Positions 13,451-25,690 of a DNA stretch of 64,000 bases are shown in pieces. The notes below the pieces were generated by a model that saw only the letters and a list, made by a program, of their open reading frames with translations, did not search any database and was not told the DNA's origin. A program made the translations under genes and the position numbers. The stretch covers positions 133,672,001 to 133,736,000 of the forward strand of contig OZ024740.1 of the NCBI GenBank assembly GCA_964016885.1, written 5' to 3'. Every line of letters starts with the position of its first letter. Position 1 is the first letter of the stretch. The DNA is from Eledone cirrhosa (Eukaryota).

Positions 13451-14143
13451 TTATTTATCTGATAAAATAATACCTTGTTCTTATGAAATAGTAGGACTCC
13501 TCACCATATCCAATAAAAACTAACAATTATAACAACAGGATAAGTTAGTACACTAGATAATAATTTGAACTGGCATGTTAGTATTTTCTCTAGTAGTAGT
13601 TAATGTTAATGGAACATTTCTTCGAGCTGTATGGTAAAGAATCCCTACAGCATGGTAAATTATCTTACCTACTTATAACATGTATTTTCTGGTCCTCGAC
13701 TACAATACTGTAGTATGTTCTCAGAAAATATCATTAAAAATGTAATGTTATCACTCACACCTGTGAAGAACTTAAGGCATACTACGTTTTAAGCCAATCA
13801 AAATATATCATGAATTATTAACATTCTGATACATATATGTGTGAGTGTGTGGGTTTGTGTAACTGTATGTGTTAGTATGTGTGAATGTATATATATATAC
13901 CCTCCACTCTCCTGAGCGTGAAAAACCTTACACACTTTTACAAATTATTCCCTGTGATTGTTTCATATGTTTCTTTAAATATATATATGTCAATCGATTT
14001 CTAGTTGATATAAAATGCTCGGATCTATTCATTGAAATCTTGGAGTATATTCTACAGTGGATATGGCGCATGTCTCTCTGATATGACACCCTTAATTTAA
14101 TTTTGACATGAACGCCCTTAATTTAATTTTGGATATATATATA

Positions 14144-15297
14144 TATCATGTACTTGTCTCTTCCTATCTTTCCGTTGCAATACCATATATGTTTGTTTAC
14201 ATGTCTCGCTCGCTTCACGCTATTTTATTTGTCCCAATAACTTTATTTAGTTATTTCTCGCACCAACCAGAGGTATATGATTTTTAAAGCGATGAAATAC
14301 CAATGAAGGTTGGAAGATCAATGATGAAGGACCAATTTTATTCATATGTAACCCATGTGCAACTACGCAGCACTCCATGTTTTCTTATATTTATATTTTT
14401 TCCTCAGCTGCGATTGTCTGTTTCTTTCTTACTGCTTCCCCTCTCTCTGTATCTCGCACATTCTTTTTACCCCCTCTGCCAGTCACACTCTCTCTCGGCT
14501 GGCCTCTTCCTCACACTTCCACTCACTCACTCTCTGCTTCTCCCCTCTCTCACTTCTTCCCGTTTGACCTGTGTGAAACCCTTTTCTCGCTCACATCTCA
14601 CCATGTCGGATGGTCTGTATCTCTCGTTCATAAATTCACCAAGCTTAAGCTTATAGATATCACGTACTCGTCCCTTCCTATCTTTCCGTTGCAATACCAT
14701 CTTTGCTTGTTTACATGTCTCGCTCGCTTCACGCTATTTTACTTTTCCCAATAACTTTATTTAGTTATTGCTTGCACAACCAGGGGTATATGATTTTTAA
14801 AGCGATGAAATACCAATGAAGGTTGGAAGATCACTGATGAAGGACTAATTTTATTCATATGTAACCCATGTGCAACCACGCAGCACTCCATTTTTCTTAT
14901 ATTTATATTTTTTCCTCAGCTGCGATTGTCTGTTTCTTTCTTACTGCTTCCCTTCTCTCTGTATCTCTCACCCTTTTTTTACCCCCTCTGCCAGTCACAC
15001 TCTCTCTTGGCTGGCCTCTTTCTCATACTTCCACTAACTCACTCTCTGCTTCTCCCTCTCTCACTTCCCCCCGTTTGACATGTGTGAAATCCTTTTCTCG
15101 CTCACATCTCACCCATGTCCGATGAACTGTATCTCTCGTCCATGAATTCACCAAGCTTAAGCTTATAGATATCATGTACTTGTCTCTTCCTATCTTTCCG
15201 TTGCAATAGCATCTTTGTTTGTTTACATGTCTCGCTCGCTTCACGCTATTTTACTTGTCCCAATAACTTTATTTAGTAATTGCTCGCACCAACCAGA
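14144..15297. repeat. Tandem repeat, ~512-bp unit, ~2.25 copies
   Basis: ATATCA(T/C)GTACT..TC(T/C)CTTCCTATCTTTCCGTTGCAATA starts at ~14144, ~14657 and ~15168. The last copy is cut by the adjacent LINE. Confidence 0.92.
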
Positions 15298-15300
15298 ATA

Positions 15301-17940
15301 GTCAAATCAAGGAAATGAGGAATGACATTGCAAAGCTTGAGTCCCTACCGAATGGGACACTACAAAACATAGACACTAAAAGTAGACTGGAAATAAAGTA
15401 CAAAACTAGGAGAGAAAAGCTAAATATCATTATAGAGGAACTGAAGCCACACATTGTAGCAAAGAGTGCAAAGATTAGGCGGTATGAGAGCAGAGTCATT
15501 CAGTATAGACGGAACCGCATGTTTGTCAACAACAAGAAGATGTTGTTTGGACAGCTTGAAGGGAAAGAAAGAGGCAACGACTTGATTCCTAAGGCAGAAC
15601 AGACTAAGACATTCTGGAGCAGGATGTTGAACATAATGATCAGGCAGTGTGGATTGAGACAATATAAAAGGAGATTAGTGAACAAGCACACCAACAAACT
15701 GATTTGAGTATCACAGTTGAAACTCTTAAAAGGCAGGCCAAAAAACTAACCAACCACCAGGCCCTGATTGTGGGCAGGGGTATTGCATTAAAAATATAAC
15801 ATCCTCCACCCGAAACTGACAACCATGTTCAATGACTGCTTGATGTCGCGTGAGATACCAGAGTGGTTGACAAAAGGTACCACAGTTCTTGTAATGAAAG
15901 ACCGAATCAAGGGTAATGATGTTACCAACTATAGACCTATCACATGTCTGTCCGTAATGTGGAAACTGTTAACAAGCATTGTGACTGAGGAAATCTACCA
16001 TCACCTCCACACAAACAACTTGTTACCGGACGAACAGAAAGGATGCCGAAAGAAGTCCCGTGGTACAAAAGACCAGTCACTTATTGATAAGATGGTAATG
16101 GGGAATTGCAAGAGCAGACACACTTGTCTTGCCTTGGGATGGATAGATTACAAAAAGGCATTTGACATGGTGCCTCATTCTTGGATAACCAAAAGCCTAG
16201 AGATCTTCAAGGTGGCAGATAACATCAGACAGTTGTTGAGCAAAAGTATGAAGTCCTGGAAAACAGAATTAACATCAGCTGAGAATCCTTGGGAGGCGTG
16301 AAGATCAAGAGAGGTATCTTCCAGGGAGATAGTTTGTCCCCTCTGTTGTTTGTCCTTGTTCTGATACCCCTGACCATTATACTGCGAAAAGTGAGAGCAG
16401 GATGCAAGTTGGGAAAAGGAGGGCTTACCATCAACTAGCTCCCCTTCATGGACGATCTTAAACTCTTTGGGAAGAGTGAGAAGGAGTTGGATGTACTTGT
16501 TGATACTGTCCGTATTTTCAGCAATGATATATGTATGCAATTTGGTATTAATAAGTATGGAGTCCTAGTGATGAAGAGGGGTAAATTGAGCAGAAGCAAC
16601 GGAATCGAGGTACCAACAGGTGAGATGATAAGGGGAATTGATACTGAAAAAGGATTCAAATATTTAGGTGTTCTGGAGGCAGATGACATCAAGAACAAAA
16701 AAATGAAGGAATTGATAAGATCTGAGTACATTAGGAGAGTAAGGAGCGTATTAAAATCATATCTAAATAGTAGGAATGTCATAAGTGCAGTGAATTCCCG
16801 AGCTGTGTATATTACAGTGCGGGAATTCTCAAATGGAATGTTGCTAAACAAAAAACAAATGGAGAGGAAGACTAGGAAGCTATTGACTATCTACAACATG
16901 TTCCACAAGAGTGATGTCGATAGACTCTACTTAAAGAGATCTGAAGGTAGAAGAGGTCTTATTACCATAGAGGGCTGTGTTCAGATTGAGAAAAACAACC
17001 TGCACATATACGTGACTGACAGTAGGGAGCCAATGCTCATAATTGTACTGAAGGACAGGACAATAGACCAGGGGATGTCCAAGGAGGAAATAACAACAAG
17101 GAGAAAGAACAACCTTCATCAAAAATCCCTTCATAGTACCTTCTTTGAGAAAACTGAATTTAGAGATCCACAGACATGGAACTGGTTAAAAAGAGGAGAC
17201 CTTAAAAAGGCCACAGAAGGAATGATAATGGCTGCGCAAGAGCAGGTCTTCGGAGCGAGGGGGGTGAAACACCATATTTACAAAGAGGAGGCTAGCCCAA
17301 TGTGTAGGATTTATGGAGAGAGGAGACTGTGGCTCACATTGTATCCGAGTGTAAACACCTATCCCAGACTCACTATAAAGGCTGGAGACATGATGTGATG
17401 GGCAGGGTGATCCACTGGCACCTATGTAAAGTAAACAATTTACCACATTCTGAGAAGTGGTATGAGCATAAGCCAGAGTCGGTGATAGAAAACGATCAGG
17501 TGAAGGTGCTATTGGATTTTAAGATAGAGACGGACAAGAAACTGGAACACAATAGGCCTGACCTGGTGGTTTTGGACAAGGAAAACAGATCGTGCCTGAT
17601 TGTAGATGTAGCCTGCCCATTTCACACGAGAGTGTAAGAGCAGAAGAGGGAGAAAATTAACCGATACCAGAACTTAAAGTGGGAGGTAAAAAGGATTTGG
17701 AACTGCCATGAAGTCAGAGTTGTCCCAATTGTCATAGGCGCACTAGGTACTGTCGCAAAGAGTTTCCAGAGATGGTTAAAGAAAATGAGTCCAGCCCTGC
17801 TTTTTGGAACACTTCAAAGGGCATGCTTGCTGGGAACAGCAAGAACCCTCCGATACGTCCTGAATATCTGAGGCTGCAGGTAGCGGCTTGATATTAATTT
17901 CAACATACTTTCCAGTTAAATAACATCAATGACTAAAAGA
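15301..17940 (+). mobile_element. 5'-truncated R4/Dong-like non-LTR retrotransposon (RT + CCHC + restriction-like endonuclease), frameshifted
   Basis: NYRPITCL, EQKGC, WIDYKKAFDMVPH, IFQGDSLSPLLF, FMDDLKLF, HIVSEC..Y...RHD, RPD..DVACP. It ends in (TAA)n, the known Dong target repeat. Confidence 0.93.
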
Positions 17941-17960
17941 ATAATAATAATAATAATAAT

Positions 17961-20900
17961 ATTGTTTTCTTTATTAACCACAGGGGTTTATATAAAGTGG
18001 ACATTAAGGACAGTACAGGACACTACAGGACGGTACAAATGGGCATTTCTGCGTGTAAAAAAAACAGAGGATGTAATAAAAATAACAATGACAAATTCCC
18101 CAATAAGGGGGAGACTTCCGAGGGACATTTGTGGCGAAAGCCCATTAAAAGGCCACAGTGACCCTGACCACCAGAGCAAGTGCCCTCTCCCAGTTTTCCA
18201 CCATTAATTTACAGACACATACTCAGAGCAGAGTAGGCCCATTAACTCGAGCCATACTTGCTTCTCTCACCCATCTTTCAACAAAATGCTGGGAAGAGAG
18301 CACTTCCCTCTCTACTCTGATTTTCCTTTTCAAATGAAATTTGAAAAAGTTAATCAAGGCATCACCGAAGAGGAAAGTGCTCGTCTTCAGCCATTTCAAA
18401 CGTGTCCACCATACTATCTATTTCGCCATGGCCACCAGACAGATAAAAACTGCCTGCCCATTCTCGGCTAAAGGAAGAGGGCGGGGCAATCCTCACGATG
18501 GACTCAGCTGATAGCTAGTGTTCGACATAAACCCACAAGTCAGCAATGCTCGGACACTGGACGAGTGCGTGCAGGACGGTTTCGTCGCCCTGCGCGCATC
18601 TCGGACATGCCCGGCTGACGGCACCTCCATGCCTGTAGAGTTTATCCCGAACTGGCAAATCTGCTCGGTAGCACTGACAGGCCAGGGATTTCTGGAAGTT
18701 GTCCATAGGCCCCGGCCTGAAAGATCTTCCGAAGAGATTGGCTAATTGATTTTCATCGACGCCTAGATTTTCCCCAATTACGTCGTCGCTCTTCCCCTCC
18801 ACTAATCCTCTGTAGAACGCCAAGGTGGAGTTTCCACCGATCACATTGCCCGATTGGTCGAGGGCTGTGAGAGCCTGAAGACATTCCAGTCTCCAAGCGC
18901 TCCTTCTCGGTCTTCGCTTGACCCAGGACTGAAGCTCCGTCAAGGAGACGAGCTGGGGAAAGACCCGTCTAGCAAACGGCGACCACACCTGATCACCGTC
19001 GAGGAACAGGTGGAGATGTCGTAGCCTCAGCGCGTGTCTGCGCATCATCAGCCACGGCATTCCCTCCCAGCCCTCCACGTAGCGGGTGTTGACAGCAAAT
19101 GGACCGCCTGACCATCGGAGCGCCTCCCTTCCACACAAAGCGAAAGAGTAAACGCTCCAGCGCAGTCAGGTGGGGCTTAGGACAAGGTACGACGGTCAGG
19201 CGGTAGTAGATGACGGACGCGATATAGGCTTTAGCCACCTCCGCTCGACCTTTCAGGGATAGCTTCCTCTCGGTCCATTTCTGGGTGAGAGAAGCCACCC
19301 TGCTCGTCACATCGTCCCAGTTTTTGTCCGTCTGGAGATCCGGACCGAACCAGACCCCTAGCAATTTAATCGGTCCGTCCGTCCAGCGCCCAACCACGCT
19401 GTTGGACGGCATGGACCTGCCTCTCCAGGTGCCGTGCTGCAGGCGCACTGACATTTCCTTGTTGATCATTGCTCCTGTCACCGCTTCGTATGCTCTTAGT
19501 GTAGTGCCGATCGCCTCGATGGGTTTGGCGTTCGAAACCACTACGGTGACATCGTCCGCATATGCTGACACGGATCTTCGGCATCCTAGTTCGCGCGGGA
19601 CCTCCCTCAACGTCTCCACTTTGTGCAGTAATGGCTCGAAAGTCAATACGTACAAGAGGGACGAGAGGGGACATCCTTGGCGGACCGAACACATGATGTT
19701 GAACGGTTCCGAAAGGTGACCGATCACTCTCACCACAGAGTAGATGTCGCTGTGCATGGCAGCGATCCAGCCTCTGAAGACGGGCCCAAAGCCAGCCGCC
19801 CTCAGGACTGCCGCTAGGTAACGATGGTCGACCCTATCGAAAGCTTTCGAATGATCTAAATTGATCATGTATCCACCCGTGCCAGGTTCCCTCGCATGAG
19901 GTGGAGGTTGTCGTGGATGGATCTGTCGGGAATGGCGCACGTCTGCGTCTATCCTACCAGACCACCAAGGACAAGCACCAACCTCTTTGCTAGCACCTTG
20001 GTCAAAATCTTGAACTCTGTGTTTAGCAGAGTTATGGGCCTGAAATTATCTATGTTATCCCCCTTGTTCGGATGCTTTCTCAGCAGAGCCACCGCTCCTC
20101 GTCACAGAGCTGGGAATTCTCCCATTCTGTTGCCAGTTGCAGTAGACGTCCGCCAAGAGGAGTCCGAACAAGTCTGGCATCTGTACGTAAAGTTCATAGG
20201 GCAGACCATCCAAACCTGGCGATTTACCACTTGTGCAGCCAGTCATTGCCTTTTCGCAACACTCCGCCTCAGTGGCCGAGAGCCGCGGCAGTCCGTCGAG
20301 GTAGACACTAAAGTCCATCCCTCGATCCGGCCCGCCGCTGCCCCCGAACAGCTGTGCGAAGTGTCGCTGAAAAGCTTCACACATTTGCGGGGATCGAGTA
20401 GCATGCGCCCGTCGTGGTCCACCAAAGTCCGGATCGTGGCTTTGTTGCCACGACGCGCCTCCGCCACTCGGGCCCATTGAACGGCTTTCGTCCCCTCGTG
20501 TCTGAGAGCACGAACCCTAGCTCTGACAACGCAGCCTTCGTGCTTTGCATTGAAGAATTAGTCAAGGGCCAATTTCGCCGCAAGTACGTCGTTCGCGATG
20601 CCTTTGCTAAGCGCCTCGTCTAATTTTCTAACTAATTCTCCCTCTGCTCTATTTTTCTCTATTGCTAAAGCCTTACTAAACCTAATGGACTCTATTCTAA
20701 TTGCTCTGTTCAGAGCAAACCACCACATGTTGTTGACGATGGCCCCCGTCAACGCCTGCTTAACTAGTTCGTTAATCCGGTCTCTGTAGGCCTTGCGCCC
20801 TGGTAAGGACGCGTTTAGCTTCCAATAGTCGGGTCCTCGTCTATGAAGCCTATCTAAGTCAAGCACACAGATCATGAATTTGTGGTCCGTGTAGCTGACT

Positions 20901-21886
20901 ATCTTGAATTGTGGACAGCCTGTACTAGACCTATCTATTTCCCTACAAAATACTTATATCTAGATATGATCTGGATGACTCTATGCGATTTGTCCAAGTC
21001 CACATTGGCACATTCGGAAAATCCTGTCAGACAGTTCGTTCATAACGCCTGAGCAGGTTGGTGAGACTCTTACACCCTCCTCCCTTATCCACTAATCCCA
21101 CACAGTCCCAGCGTGCATCTAAGTTCCCCTTCCAATCGTCCACTAACACTAAAGAGCGGGATGTTCCAAGAAAGGTCTCCAGACGCCGGAAGAAATCAGG
21201 TCGCCCTGCTCCTGTCGGGGCATAGACGGCCACTAACCTGAAAGCTTGCCCGTCTCCACTGGTCACGTCCAGCACCACCAACTTATCTTCTGGGTCCAAG
21301 AAGATGGCCCGTATGGCAAGATCCAAACCTCTCCGAGAAAGCACAGCAACACCTCCCCCCGATCCCGGACGGCTGGGACATGCGTACGCATTGGAGCCGC
21401 CGAAGATCGGTGCGAAGGCACGTGCGTCGGAGATTCTGGTCTCGCTGATGGCCACTACATCTATGTTTAGTGACCTGAGGTCGTTGAGCAGGTGGCCCTG
21501 CTTCCATGACGACCCAAAGCCACGCGCATTTATGCTGCCTATTCTGAGTGAGGTCATGTTGAAAAGGAGTGGAAAAGATGGGAAAGACCACTTACCTGGC
21601 AAACGTAGTAATATTTATAATGGTGGTGCCGGTGTGAAGTGTTAGTTTGTGAGAAAGGAGTGACTCTGAGTCAGCCATGATTTTTCAAAGAAAAATTTTT
21701 GTTTGATAATTATAAAAGTTTAAATTTTGGGCTCAAGGCCCCAATCAGTTTGGGTGTCCTTTTCAGATAACAATGTATGTGCACTTATATACAGTTAACA
21801 ATAAAAAAATTTCCATGAATGGAAACAACTGAAAATAACAAACCTTTGCGGAGCTCACGATGATACGATTTACTACGTAGGTCGCC
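17961..21886 (-). mobile_element. Tx1/L1-like LINE, family A: both ends present, ORF1 largely deleted, ORF2 frameshifted
   Basis: APE domain (SINARG..AISET..VYAP, DHK, YWKLNASL), RT (SPGLDGLPYELY, LDHSKAFDRVDH, VRQGCPLS, YADD), C-terminal CPRC..ETVLHALVQC. AATAAA at the 3' end; (TAA)n on both sides. Confidence 0.92.

Positions 21887-21942
<56 letters not shown>
21887..21942. repeat. (TAA)n run at an element junction
   Basis: Read directly; similar runs at 17940-17960, 26656-26676, 27019-27036, 27228-27242, 30436-30457, 31280-31297 and 34130-34151. Confidence 0.98.
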
Positions 21943-22800
21943 GGGAAGAAGACGCACGAGGTGGCGGAGGTCATGAAATCGCTCCCGTAAGTTTTGAATT
22001 TTTAACATATGTAAATCATTTGTGAAATAACAACTCTTAGTACAAATGCTACGTAAAGCACCCGGCTTGAGCCCCAACAAATTCGGACCCAAAATATATT
22101 GTTATAAGGCTCAAACATTCAAATATTCAACTTTGTATTGTACACTGTATATCCAAAAAAGAAAATGGCTATAAATGGAAGAAGAACCCCCCCTCCTCTC
22201 CTCTGTCTACACTATATAGAACAGCCAAACTCACCAACACCAGAAACTAGATACACCACCCACCTCATCACCTGTGTACACTAAACACAACAGCCAGATA
22301 ACGGCAATTTCACCACCACCGCTCACTACTGCCATCATTACCACCACTATCCCATCACCGCCGCCACCACTCCTTCACTCCTTCACTGCTACCACCGCTA
22401 CAACACCATCACCACAGTAATACTATCACATCACCACCACCACTGCCTCGGTATCGACATCACCACCACCACTGTCTCAGTATCGCTACCGCCGCCAGTC
22501 TCCCACTTCTACACTAGCTGGCTGCTGCCACCACATTATAGAATTCCTACTACTAACAAAGAGGAAGGCATCAAAATATATAGATAGACTCAAAAGAAAA
22601 AAAGAAAAAACAAACAACAAAACCAAAGCAGCACAGCAACAACAGCAAAAAACGAGAAAAACAAACAGAGAAAAACAAAAACAAAAAAAACAAAAAAAAA
22701 ACGTAAAGAAAATAAGAATGAAGAGAAAAGCAGGCGGACGGACAGAGAAGAGGGGGGGGGGGACTAAAACTAAAAAAACAAAAACTAAGTCAGACATTCG
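21943..22800 (+). mobile_element. Possible 5' UTR plus low-complexity ORF1 start of another Tx1-like family
   Basis: Starts at a (TAA)n edge and has a GCTTGAGCCC motif like the family A 5' UTR. AAAATGGCT is followed by ACC/Thr-rich and A-rich tracts, as in the other ORF1 N-termini. No diagnostic domain. Confidence 0.35.
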
Positions 22801-22840
22801 AACACTACATTACAATGAAACTTATGCTTATTCATTTTTG

Positions 22841-25549
22841 GGGCCCTTTCTGCCTGTGTGTTTGTTTGTTTATGTGTGTTCGTATACAGCGTGGTGATAA
22901 TGCCACACAAGGGCCAAGTGGAACGGCGAATCCACAGATGGCTATGTAACCATACATTCGCCAATCCTCGATAAGAGTGTTTAAATATCGAACATAAACA
23001 GTTCGAATAATGGTGAAATGGAGACTAGAACGTCATGTGACAGACACTCACCCAACAGGTGCCCCCTGGCTCAGCAGCAGGAACCTGACTGTCAACCAAA
23101 TACTGCTGATGTTGGAGGAAGAAGAAGAAGGAAAGGGGCCAGAACCAACTGGACTAAAGAATTGAATAGAACTGTTATGCAATGTTACCTGAAAATTAAC
23201 CCCAAGGAGAGGGGCTACAGGAGACGGATGCATAACATCTGGAACGAGATTGGTCTATTTAAATTAGATGAACAAAAATTGGCCGGGCAGGCTCGGGTAA
23301 TAAGAACTAATGGGTGGATAAGCGAGCTGGAACTGGAGGAACTGAGCAGAGAGAATAGCTTGGAGATGGCGGGTGTAGTATGCCAGACAAGCGAGCCAGT
23401 GGGAAATGAAGGTGAAGAGGTCCTGAGAACGGAGGAACCACCCGAAGCAGACAATGATCTGAATACTGAGATAAATAATACCTGGAACAGAGATACGGCC
23501 ACTGAGGAGATGAATGCTGACGGGCTAGGACAAGATTCGGTTGACATCCTAAATTTAGTGGTAGATGAATTGAACAATGATAGTGGGAGACCTATGAACC
23601 TAAAATTTGTAGACAGGAAAAAGTTAAAAGAAACAACAGCTAAGGTAAACAAAGTCATCCCATACCTTGAGGCGAGGAGCCTTCACCAGTGCAACAATAT
23701 CCTCAAAGCAACAGCAAATACGGTGAGGAAACTACTTGGTATAAAAGCGAGAGGAAACAACAGACAAGAAAGAGCAGAGCCGTGGTGGAAGAAACGACTG
23801 AGTGGTCAAATCGGGGAAATGAGAAATGACATAGGAAAGCTTGAGTCACTAAAAAACATAGGCACTAAAAATAGACTGGAAATAAAGTACAAAACTAGGA
23901 GGAAAAAGCTAAATATTATAATAGAGGAACTGAAGCAACGCTTTGTAGCAAAGAGTGCAAAAATCAGGCGATACGAGAACAGAGTCAGTCAGTATAAACA
24001 GAACCGCATGTTCGACAACAACCAGAAGATGCTGTTTGGACAGCTTAAGGGGAAAGAAAGAGGCAACGACTTGATCCCTGGGGCGGAGCAAACTAAAACA
24101 TTCTGGAGAGGAATATGGGAGCAGGATGTTAGACATAATGTCCAGGCAGGGTGGATTGAGACAGTACAGAGGGAGATCGGTGAGCAGGCACATCAACAAA
24201 CAGATTTGAGTATCACAGTTGAAACTCTTAAGGGGCAGGCCAAAAAACTAACCAACTGGAAATCACCAGGCCCAGATGGTGTGCAGGGGTATTGGATTAA
24301 AAATTTAACATCCCTCCACCCGAAGCTGACGGCCATGTTCAATGACTGCTTGGTGTCGGGTGAGGTGCCAGAATGGTTGACAAAAGGTACCACAGTTCTG
24401 ATAATAAAAGACCGAATCAAGGGTAATGATGTTACCAACTATAGACCTATCACATGTCTGTCCGTAATGTGGAAACTGTTGACGAGCATTGTGTCTGAGG
24501 AAATCTACCATCACCTCCACACAAACAACTTGTTACCGGACGAACAGAAAGGATGCCGAAAGAAGTCACGTGGTACAAAGGACCAGTTACTTATTGATAA
24601 GATGGTAATGGGGAATTGCAGGAGACACACTGATCTTGCCATGGGATGGATAGACTACAGAAAGGCATTTGACATGGTGCCTCATTCTTGGATCACCAAA
24701 AGCCTGGAGATCTTCAGGGTGGCAGATAACATCAGACAGTTGCTGGGCAGGAGTATGGGGTCCTGTGAGACAGAGTTGACATCAACTGGAGAATCCTTGG
24801 GAGGCGTGAAGATCAAGAGAGGTATCTTCCAGGGAGATAGCCTGTCCCCTCTGTTGTTTGTCCTTGCCCTGATGCCCTTGACCATTATGCTGCGAAAAGT
24901 GAGAGCAGGATACAAGTTGGGAAAGGGAGAGCTTACCATCAATCACCTCCTCTTCATGGACGATCTTAAGCTCTTCGGGAAAAGTGAGAAGGAGTTGGAT
25001 GTGCTTGTTGACACTGTCCGTATTTTCAGCAGTGATATATGTATGCAGTTTGGTATTAGTAAATGTGGAGTCATTGTGATGAGGAGGGGTAGGTTGAGCA
25101 GAAGTAACGGGATCCAGATACCAACAGGTGAGATGATAAAGGAAATTGACTCTGAGGAAGGATACAAGTATTTGGGCGTTCTGGAGGCTGATGGCATAAA
25201 GAACAAAAAAATGAAGGAATTGTTAAGAACTGAATACATTCGGAGAGTAAGGAGCGTATTGAAGTCACATCTGAACAGCAGAAATGCCATAAGCGCAGTA
25301 AATTCCCGAGCTGTGTCTATTATTAGGTACAGTGCGGGAATTCTGAGATGGAATGTTGCTGAACAAAAAGAAATGGATAGGAAGACTAGGAAGCTATTGA
25401 CTATCTACAACATGTTCCACAAGAGGAGTGATGTCGATAGACTCTACCTAAGGAGATCTGAGGGTGGAAGAGGTCTTATCAGTATAGAGGACTGTGTTCA
25501 GATGGAGAAAAACAACCTATACAAATACGTGACCTATAGTAAGGAGCCA
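22841..25549 (+). mobile_element. R4/Dong-like LINE, 5' part (same family as 15301-17940), 3' end lost
   Basis: Aligns by eye with 15301-17030 and carries the N-terminal region. Homology stops at AAGGAGCCA (~25549). Confidence 0.93.
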
Positions 25550-25690
25550 TTCTCCTGCTTTTCTTTCGCTATTTCGATTATCTTGGTGTTGGCTTCCATG
25601 CCGGCGAGGACGGCAGCCATTAGCCTGGGAATTTCGATGGCCGGTGAAACTTGGGTCACCCTGATCTTGACAAGTCTCTGGCCACAATAG
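23018..25690 (+). CDS. 890-aa ORF: Dong-like N-terminus plus complete RT. Lacks CCHC/endonuclease; the last ~47 aa are read-through into antisense Tx1 ORF1.
   Basis: Uninterrupted ORF with WKSPGPDG, QKGC, GIFQGDSLSPLLF, LFMDDLKL, YKYLG and RSEGGRGL. Confidence 0.85.
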   Translation: METRTSCDRHSPNRCPLAQQQEPDCQPNTADVGGRRRRKGARTNWTKELNRTVMQCYLKINPKERGYRRRMHNIWNEIGLFKLDEQKLAGQARVIRTNGWISELELEELSRENSLEMAGVVCQTSEPVGNEGEEVLRTEEPPEADNDLNTEINNTWNRDTATEEMNADGLGQDSVDILNLVVDELNNDSGRPMNLKFVDRKKLKETTAKVNKVIPYLEARSLHQCNNILKATANTVRKLLGIKARGNNRQERAEPWWKKRLSGQIGEMRNDIGKLESLKNIGTKNRLEIKYKTRRKKLNIIIEELKQRFVAKSAKIRRYENRVSQYKQNRMFDNNQKMLFGQLKGKERGNDLIPGAEQTKTFWRGIWEQDVRHNVQAGWIETVQREIGEQAHQQTDLSITVETLKGQAKKLTNWKSPGPDGVQGYWIKNLTSLHPKLTAMFNDCLVSGEVPEWLTKGTTVLIIKDRIKGNDVTNYRPITCLSVMWKLLTSIVSEEIYHHLHTNNLLPDEQKGCRKKSRGTKDQLLIDKMVMGNCRRHTDLAMGWIDYRKAFDMVPHSWITKSLEIFRVADNIRQLLGRSMGSCETELTSTGESLGGVKIKRGIFQGDSLSPLLFVLALMPLTIMLRKVRAGYKLGKGELTINHLLFMDDLKLFGKSEKELDVLVDTVRIFSSDICMQFGISKCGVIVMRRGRLSRSNGIQIPTGEMIKEIDSEEGYKYLGVLEADGIKNKKMKELLRTEYIRRVRSVLKSHLNSRNAISAVNSRAVSIIRYSAGILRWNVAEQKEMDRKTRKLLTIYNMFHKRSDVDRLYLRRSEGGRGLISIEDCVQMEKNNLYKYVTYSKEPFSCFSFAISIILVLASMPARTAAISLGISMAGETWVTLILTSLWPQ

